A stretch of 64,000 bases of DNA from Promethearchaeota archaeon (lineage in GTDB: Archaea; Asgardarchaeota; Lokiarchaeia; Sigyniarchaeales; SOKP01). How positions within the stretch are numbered: the stretch's first letter is position 1; each line of letters opens with the position of its first letter. The notes under the pieces were generated by a model that worked only from the letters and a program-made list of their open reading frames with translations, had not been told where the DNA came from and ran no database searches. The position numbers and the translations under genes were made by a program. The DNA is taken from contig JBHLNF010000010.1 of NCBI GenBank assembly GCA_048937405.1, positions 75,764-139,763 of the forward strand, given 5' to 3'. Shown here in pieces: positions 58,498 to 64,000 of this stretch.

Positions 58498-61400
58498 CTA
58501 TGCCTCAGGTAATAAAATAACAAAAGAATCTCCTTCAACCCATATTTTTCCATCGTAATTATCTAGGATTCGCTCGACTAAAAGAAACCCTAGAATTACT
58601 TCTTTAATCTTACTATCTTTTTCTCTTTCTTTATGGAAAATCATTTCTTTTCTCATATTTAATATATCTTTTTGATAATCAACGAATTGTATTTTAAGGT
58701 AATTTATGTTATCCTCTCGGCTTCTAAAGATAATAATTTTAATCTCAATAGTTGGGTTTCTATTGTATCTAATGGAACTAATAAGGATATTGATAAAAAC
58801 ATCTATTAAAAATTTATCAGCTTTTACATATAGATCCTCAGAGGGATGTTCAACAAGTATATTTATTTTCTTATTTGAATAACTATTAGTAATAAATTCT
58901 TTAACCTCATCAATGACATTATTAAGATTTACTGATTCAATTAAAACTTTTGTTTCATTAATCAATTTTAATTGTTCTACTATATATATCAATAAGCGAG
59001 CATTTATACATTGTTCTTTAATAAAATCCAGTAATTCTCGTTTAGAACTAATTATAAGTTGATTCTCTTGCTTTTTACTTTCATCTAATTGTAATTGAAT
59101 ATTCTTTATTATAGAATTTACATCATTTATGAATAGTTCCTTGTAAAAATATTCTCTATCTAATTCTTGATGCATAGATTCTTCACTTATACGTAAGTTT
59201 TCTTCAGCTAATTTACGTAGGATTACATTTTTAAGAATTTCTGGAATAATAGTTAATAAGTCAAAATTTTCTTCTATCCAATAATTCTTATCTGCTATAT
59301 TATCAAAACATAATATTCCTTCTAAGAGTTGATTAATTTTTATTGAATATACTAAAAAGTTTTCAACTTTTTGATTTTCAAGAAAGTACTTTAAATTCAC
59401 TGCTTCTCTTGGAAGATTCTTCATTCTTTTAACATAAAAATAATCAAATTCTTTTAATCTCTTGATTAACCATGGAAAGTTATCAATTTCTATCTTTTCA
59501 GGTAATATAATTTGAGGCGTAATCAACTTTCGAGACCAGAAATAATTTCTTTTTATAATATTAAATTTACTATTAAAAATGTAGAGGTATACTCGTGTAG
59601 CATCAACAAATTCACCGATATCTCTAAGTGAATCAATTATTGCTTGATTAAATTCGTGTATACCTACAAACCTAGATACAATTCCAGTAATAATAGCCTT
59701 TAATTTAGATATCTTTTTTAATTCAGTTTCTATTTTTTTCATTTCTGTTATATTCTGACAAATAATTTGATAGAATGTTTCATCACCAATATTAACTAAG
59801 GATGATTGCAGATTTACCCAGATGAGGTTACCATTTTTTTTATAAAGTTGAATTTCTAATGGAGAATAAATCTTACCTCTTTCTTCTTTCAGACTTTTAA
59901 GAACATCTACTAAATAATCTTTATGTATTATTGATAGATCTACAAATTTCCTTCCCATTAGTTCATCTTTAGTATATCCTAAGGTTTCCTCTAGTACAGG
60001 ATTGAAATCAACTAAGGTTCCATTAGAATCAATTAAGAAAATAGAAAAGGGTGAATTTTCGAAGAGATGACGATACTTTATTTCAGAATGCTTTAATTTA
60101 ATTTCTGCTTCTACTCTCTTACTAATATTTCGAATTATATATTGGACAAACAATTGTCCCCCCATCTGTACTTCATTCACATTAATTTCTACTGGAATTA
60201 AATTGCCGGAACTATCAATCACTTCTAATCTTAAAGGAAATGGATAATTAAGTTCGTCAAATACTTCTTCATTAAAATCTATATTAATTATATCACTTAA
60301 TATTTGGCTTGAATGCAAACCAATAAAATCCTCGAATGGTCGTTGAAATAAATTCTCCGCTTCTTTGTTCGCATCCATTATAATTCCTGAATTTTTATCA
60401 ATTATTATAATAGCATCTCGAGCAGCTTTAAATAAAGCCTCATAACGCAATTCAGCTATTTTTAGTGCTTCAATTGAAGGACGATATAAATCAATTTGAT
60501 GATTTATTGTATTATAAATAACTTCAAGAACATTTATTACTTGATTTTTATCTAAATAATTGCTTTTTAATTCACCAAATTGTTGAACTATAAAAGAACT
60601 AAATTGGTTAATGATATTCTTAGGTATATTTTCATTGTAATAAATTATTAAGCATAATGGAAATACACCACCTCTTATACTTTCATCTTCAACAGAATCA
60701 AAATAAATTGCTGCATTTGAATTTAGGTGAGGAATAGGAAGAATTACTGAGGTTGGTTTAATCTGATCTCCTCCAAAAATAAACTGTGATATTGAAAAGC
60801 TTTTTATAGCAATCAGTTCTGGATTTTCAAAAGCATCTTCAGGATAAATTGCATCAATTTTAATTCCAAGATTTTCATCCCAACGACAAAATATTATCCC
60901 AACATCTTTTCTGGGCGAATATTGCTCAACTCTCTCAGCGATTTTAAGTGTAAGCCAATTAAATGCCTCATCAATATTTATGTTTTTAATCGCACTTGTT
61001 AAAAACGATTTTATTGGTCTCTTTCCAAGCTTCTTTACACCCATAGCTTCTTCTAATTCATTTAAATCTTGTTTTTTCAAATCAACCTTATTAAAAAGGA
61101 TAAGTAGTGGTAATTCACTTAATTCGGGTTTTCCAGCAATTTCATGTAGTAATTCACGTGCAAATGAGAATTTTATTTTATCCATGACATCTAAAACAAA
61201 AATTAATCCATCTTGATTTTTTAGATAAGGTTTCCATAGTTGCTTAACTCTGTATTTTCCCGGTATATCATATGTTAATAAAGAGACATTATTGACTAAA
61301 ATTCTAGAAATATCTACATTTATAGTAGGAAATGTTGTTTTTGACACGGATTTTCTTCTAGTCCTGATAATAGTCGTCTTTCCTGCTAAAGAAAGCCCAA

Positions 61401-61887
61401 AGATTAGTACTTTTGCCTCTTTTTGCTCAAAAATAACTTCTTCTTCAGGAAAAGAAGTATAATATGTATTAAACAATGTTTTTATTTCTTCTAGTTTATT
61501 AGGATCTCCTTTGTCAATTCTAGATTCTACATAAAAAGCTTTATATGCATTTTCGATTTTTCTGAATTCCTCTACAAAACTCTCCAGAAACTCTTCTGCA
61601 TAAGTAGCTTTAATTTTAGATTTACTATCAATAATTAATGAAACTAAAAGGCGCTCCTTTTTTGTATTTGAATATTCGCTTGGAATGTCAAAGATTAGAT
61701 TAGCTGTATGAAAAGTTCCAAAAGTATGCTTAAAAAAACCATTTTCATAGAGATCTATCAATATAGGAACCTGTTTAATATCATCTCTTTGAATATTTTC
61801 AGGCGATTTCAAAAAAATATAAGGAGGAAAGTATGGATTGCGATGACTTAAAATTAAAATTCTCATATCTAAATATCCTCTAATCAC
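58498..61887 (-). CDS. Multidomain signalling protein: longin/uDENN-like, Arf-like GTPase, longin/uDENN-like, PAS, PAS, GAF, degenerate histidine kinase
   Basis: G1 GLSLAGKTT, PT, DIPGK, NKVD, SAI. PAS starts RYEALFKAARDAIIIID and KYRHLFENSPFSIFLID. GAF RVYLY...GILCFD....W. The kinase tail has degenerate H/N/G1/G2 boxes. Confidence 0.85.
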   Translation of the reverse strand: MIRGYLDMRILILSHRNPYFPPYIFLKSPENIQRDDIKQVPILIDLYENGFFKHTFGTFHTANLIFDIPSEYSNTKKERLLVSLIIDSKSKIKATYAEEFLESFVEEFRKIENAYKAFYVESRIDKGDPNKLEEIKTLFNTYYTSFPEEEVIFEQKEAKVLIFGLSLAGKTTIIRTRRKSVSKTTFPTINVDISRILVNNVSLLTYDIPGKYRVKQLWKPYLKNQDGLIFVLDVMDKIKFSFARELLHEIAGKPELSELPLLILFNKVDLKKQDLNELEEAMGVKKLGKRPIKSFLTSAIKNINIDEAFNWLTLKIAERVEQYSPRKDVGIIFCRWDENLGIKIDAIYPEDAFENPELIAIKSFSISQFIFGGDQIKPTSVILPIPHLNSNAAIYFDSVEDESIRGGVFPLCLIIYYNENIPKNIINQFSSFIVQQFGELKSNYLDKNQVINVLEVIYNTINHQIDLYRPSIEALKIAELRYEALFKAARDAIIIIDKNSGIIMDANKEAENLFQRPFEDFIGLHSSQILSDIINIDFNEEVFDELNYPFPLRLEVIDSSGNLIPVEINVNEVQMGGQLFVQYIIRNISKRVEAEIKLKHSEIKYRHLFENSPFSIFLIDSNGTLVDFNPVLEETLGYTKDELMGRKFVDLSIIHKDYLVDVLKSLKEERGKIYSPLEIQLYKKNGNLIWVNLQSSLVNIGDETFYQIICQNITEMKKIETELKKISKLKAIITGIVSRFVGIHEFNQAIIDSLRDIGEFVDATRVYLYIFNSKFNIIKRNYFWSRKLITPQIILPEKIEIDNFPWLIKRLKEFDYFYVKRMKNLPREAVNLKYFLENQKVENFLVYSIKINQLLEGILCFDNIADKNYWIEENFDLLTIIPEILKNVILRKLAEENLRISEESMHQELDREYFYKELFINDVNSIIKNIQLQLDESKKQENQLIISSKRELLDFIKEQCINARLLIYIVEQLKLINETKVLIESVNLNNVIDEVKEFITNSYSNKKINILVEHPSEDLYVKADKFLIDVFINILISSIRYNRNPTIEIKIIIFRSREDNINYLKIQFVDYQKDILNMRKEMIFHKEREKDSKIKEVILGFLLVERILDNYDGKIWVEGDSFVILLPEA

Positions 61888-62092
61888 TATTGTTTAATTA
61901 TTTAAGTTCTATTACTGTATAACCAAATTATTTTATAAAAAAAATATGGTTGTAATATCTGCGTTAGTGTAGACATTAATTCTTTTGAGATAAAGTATTG
62001 AAATTAATTATATAATATTAGCACAATAATAAAAATTCGAATAAAAAAATATTTTAAATTTCTAGTTAATTCTTCAGATAAAAAAGATTAAA

Positions 62093-62719
62093 TTAATTTT
62101 TCTTTGATTCCTCATCCAATATTATATTAATAACTTTTTTAAAAACATCGTAAGGTTGAGCGCCAAAAATTAGTCTATTTCCTATAATGAATGCAGGAAC
62201 GCCATTTATTCCCATTTTCCTTATTTCATTTAAGGATTTTTGCAAAATTTCAAAAGGTTCATTTGTATGCAAGTAGTGATCTATTTCATTCTTATCTAGT
62301 CCGATCGATTCAGCAAGATCTAATAATAGATCTATACTTCCAATATCTTTTCCTTCAAACCAATAAGCTTCCAATACTAACTTATGAAATTCTTCAAATT
62401 TCCCCTCTTTTCGAGCATATTCAGAAATAAAAAGAGCTAAACGTGAATTAGGTAAAAATTCTGAAAACTTAAGTGTTAATCCATCCTCATCCGCAAGACG
62501 TTTAATATGGGTACGTAATCCTTCTAAATATCCCTTATGAGCAGCCAAGTCTTCTTTTAGAACCCCCCAAGCTGGTGTTTCAGGATGGATTTCGAAGGGT
62601 CTCCATTCAACAGTAAGATTATACTCTTTTTTGAGTTTTTCTATTCGATGATATCCGATATAGCAAAATGGACAAATATAATCAGAATAAGCTATGACTT
62701 TTAATTTTGTTTGACTCAT
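62093..62719 (-). CDS. DsbA-family (FrnE-like) oxidoreductase
   Basis: SDYICPFCY, WRPFEIHP and GINGVPAF...GAQP. Start taken as ATG 62719. Confidence 0.9.
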   Translation of the reverse strand: MSQTKLKVIAYSDYICPFCYIGYHRIEKLKKEYNLTVEWRPFEIHPETPAWGVLKEDLAAHKGYLEGLRTHIKRLADEDGLTLKFSEFLPNSRLALFISEYARKEGKFEEFHKLVLEAYWFEGKDIGSIDLLLDLAESIGLDKNEIDHYLHTNEPFEILQKSLNEIRKMGINGVPAFIIGNRLIFGAQPYDVFKKVINIILDEESKKN

Positions 62720-63004
62720 ATCTGTTTTTATAAAAAAGAACAATCTTATATACTTTTTTAAAATAAAAATTAGTCAATCTTTTATAATTTGATTAATCCA
62801 GTCATTCATATTAATTCTCAAAAATAAATGGTCATTATTTCATTGTTTTAAGAGGTTTAGTGGATTTCACACCAAAGTCTAATTATTAAAGTCATTAATT
62901 CACGTAAGGAAACATTTTTATTAAATTATTCAATTAAAAAAATGTGTCATTTTTAAATTTAAAATAGATTTATATTATTTATCTGTAAAAAAGGTGAAAC
63001 CATC

Positions 63005-63193
63005 ATAGATATATGCCAATCTTGTGGAGAATCAAAATCCACTACAAACGTTCAAGATGAATTTCCCCTCATATTCATTAGTGATAATCCCCCAACTAGT
63101 TATCTAATATGTGAAGATTGTAAAAGAAAGTTAGTAAAATATGGGTTTCTTATCTCCAAAGATGGAAAATGTACTGCTTTTATAGAAACTTAA
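63005..63193 (+). CDS. 62-aa Zn-finger protein with non-canonical start (not in ORF track)
   Basis: IDICQSCGES...YLICEDCKRKLVKYGF...ET*. GGTGA at 62993-62997 and ATA 7 nt later. No in-frame ATG/GTG/TTG after the upstream TAA (62960). Confidence 0.6.
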   Translation: MDICQSCGESKSTTNVQDEFPLIFISDNPPTSYLICEDCKRKLVKYGFLISKDGKCTAFIET

Positions 63194-63351
63194 AAAAATA
63201 GATTAAATTGTGAAATAACCGAATTTTACTAACATTAAAATGAAGAAAGCAATAACAAAAACAGAAATTAATACCTAAAATATATAGTTTTTAAGTTATT
63301 ATTGATAATTTAATTTAATTGCCAAATTCTATTTAGTAAAGAGAAGGTAAA

Positions 63352-63846
63352 ATGGGAATAAATTCTGAAGCGGCTAAATTTGTATTACTTGGTGTTGGTT
63401 TAGGTGCTTTAAATCTATTGTTTTATTATGGTTTTGTCGCACCATTCCAAAAATTTGGAAACTTTATCGCATTTTTTAATTTTGGATTAGAAATAATATT
63501 AATGTTTCTTTTCGCTAAGTTTAAAGATTATTTATCTAAGAGAAAACCCCCCCTCACAGAAGAAGAACAAACACAAAAATATGGAGGACGTGTCATTTTC
63601 TCAATGGAAAAAACAGAAGCTGTAAAATATTTTTATATCTTTATACTTATCTATATTTATGTGATTATTTTCGTTCCAATTTTTACCATGCCCACAGGAG
63701 TAGCAATTAGTGAGACCGAAGCGTACGCTATTATCAGATCTTCTACTGAAGTAGATTTATTAATATTTGGACTGATGCAATTCATTTTTATTCCTGCACT
63801 TCATTTTGTATCTATTGTCTTAGGTGGGTTTGGATTAGAAAAATGA
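63352..63846 (+). CDS. Uncharacterised 4-TM membrane protein
   Basis: Four hydrophobic segments. Confidence 0.7.
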   Translation: MGINSEAAKFVLLGVGLGALNLLFYYGFVAPFQKFGNFIAFFNFGLEIILMFLFAKFKDYLSKRKPPLTEEEQTQKYGGRVIFSMEKTEAVKYFYIFILIYIYVIIFVPIFTMPTGVAISETEAYAIIRSSTEVDLLIFGLMQFIFIPALHFVSIVLGGFGLEK

Positions 63847-63853
63847 TATCCTT

Positions 63854-64000
63854 TCACCATATGAAGTACTTGGGTGTTGTAGATTCGAGCGACTCATAGA
63901 TACCATCATCCTTTATGTAATACTTAGGTGTTGTAGATTCTGGGGATTCATAGATGCAATCATCCTTAATGTAATACTCAGGTATTATAGATACTCGAGA
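63854..64000 (-). CDS. C-terminus of a protein with 18-aa tandem repeats (runs off window)
   Basis: Translates as ...PEYYIKDDCIYESPESTT PKYYIKDDGIYESLESTT PKYFIW*, with 54-nt periodicity. Confidence 0.7.
   Translation of the reverse strand, partial: SRVSIIPEYYIKDDCIYESPESTTPKYYIKDDGIYESLESTTPKYFIW

Noticed and set aside
868-62430. Many 60-120-aa ORFs antisense to or nested in long genes (e.g. 868-1077, 4790-5083, 6580-6885, 9822-10142, 34625-34915, 39895-40266)
   Set aside because: Shadow frames of well-supported genes, with no motifs or SD.
63867-64000. 54-nt direct repeats as a CRISPR array
   Set aside because: No unique spacers. The period is a multiple of 3 and the minus strand translates cleanly. 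No cas genes are present.
1-64000. tRNA/rRNA genes
   Set aside because: No GC-rich cloverleaf or rRNA-like segment seen by eye. A tRNAscan-SE/Infernal run would be needed to exclude small RNAs.

Overview
Very AT-rich prokaryotic chromosomal segment, most likely from an Asgard archaeon of the Lokiarchaeia/Promethearchaeota type. This is inferred from an archaeal histone, a TFB paralogue, two stand-alone Rab-like GTPases, an Arf-like GTPase fusion, WD40/SH3 proteins, GGTGA/GAGG ribosome-binding motifs and C-terminally anchored beta-propeller surface proteins. About 60 CDS, mostly heterotrophic and redox enzymes (OYE, GH3 glucosidase, haloalkane dehalogenase, esterases, methyltransferases, FprA, Fe-S proteins, CysE/CysK, Fpg), two ABC systems and one IS607-family element. 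No rRNA, tRNA or CRISPR array was seen. Main points of interest: (1) a 1129-aa protein fusing longin/uDENN-like domains and an Arf-like GTPase to PAS-PAS-GAF and a catalytically degenerate histidine-kinase module; (2) at least six genes whose conserved N-termini have no ATG/GTG/TTG at the expected position but carry ATT/ATA just after a Shine-Dalgarno motif, including TFB, two Fe-S proteins and a Zn-finger gene missing from the ORF track; (3) a ~6.6-kb membrane operon with an ABC exporter, small hydrophobic peptides, four tandem paralogous membrane proteins, a wHTH regulator and a palindromic operator; (4) an IS607 element with a triply broken tnpA but an intact TnpB with the rearranged (Fanzor-type) RuvC site. 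All family assignments come from motif recognition, not database searches.
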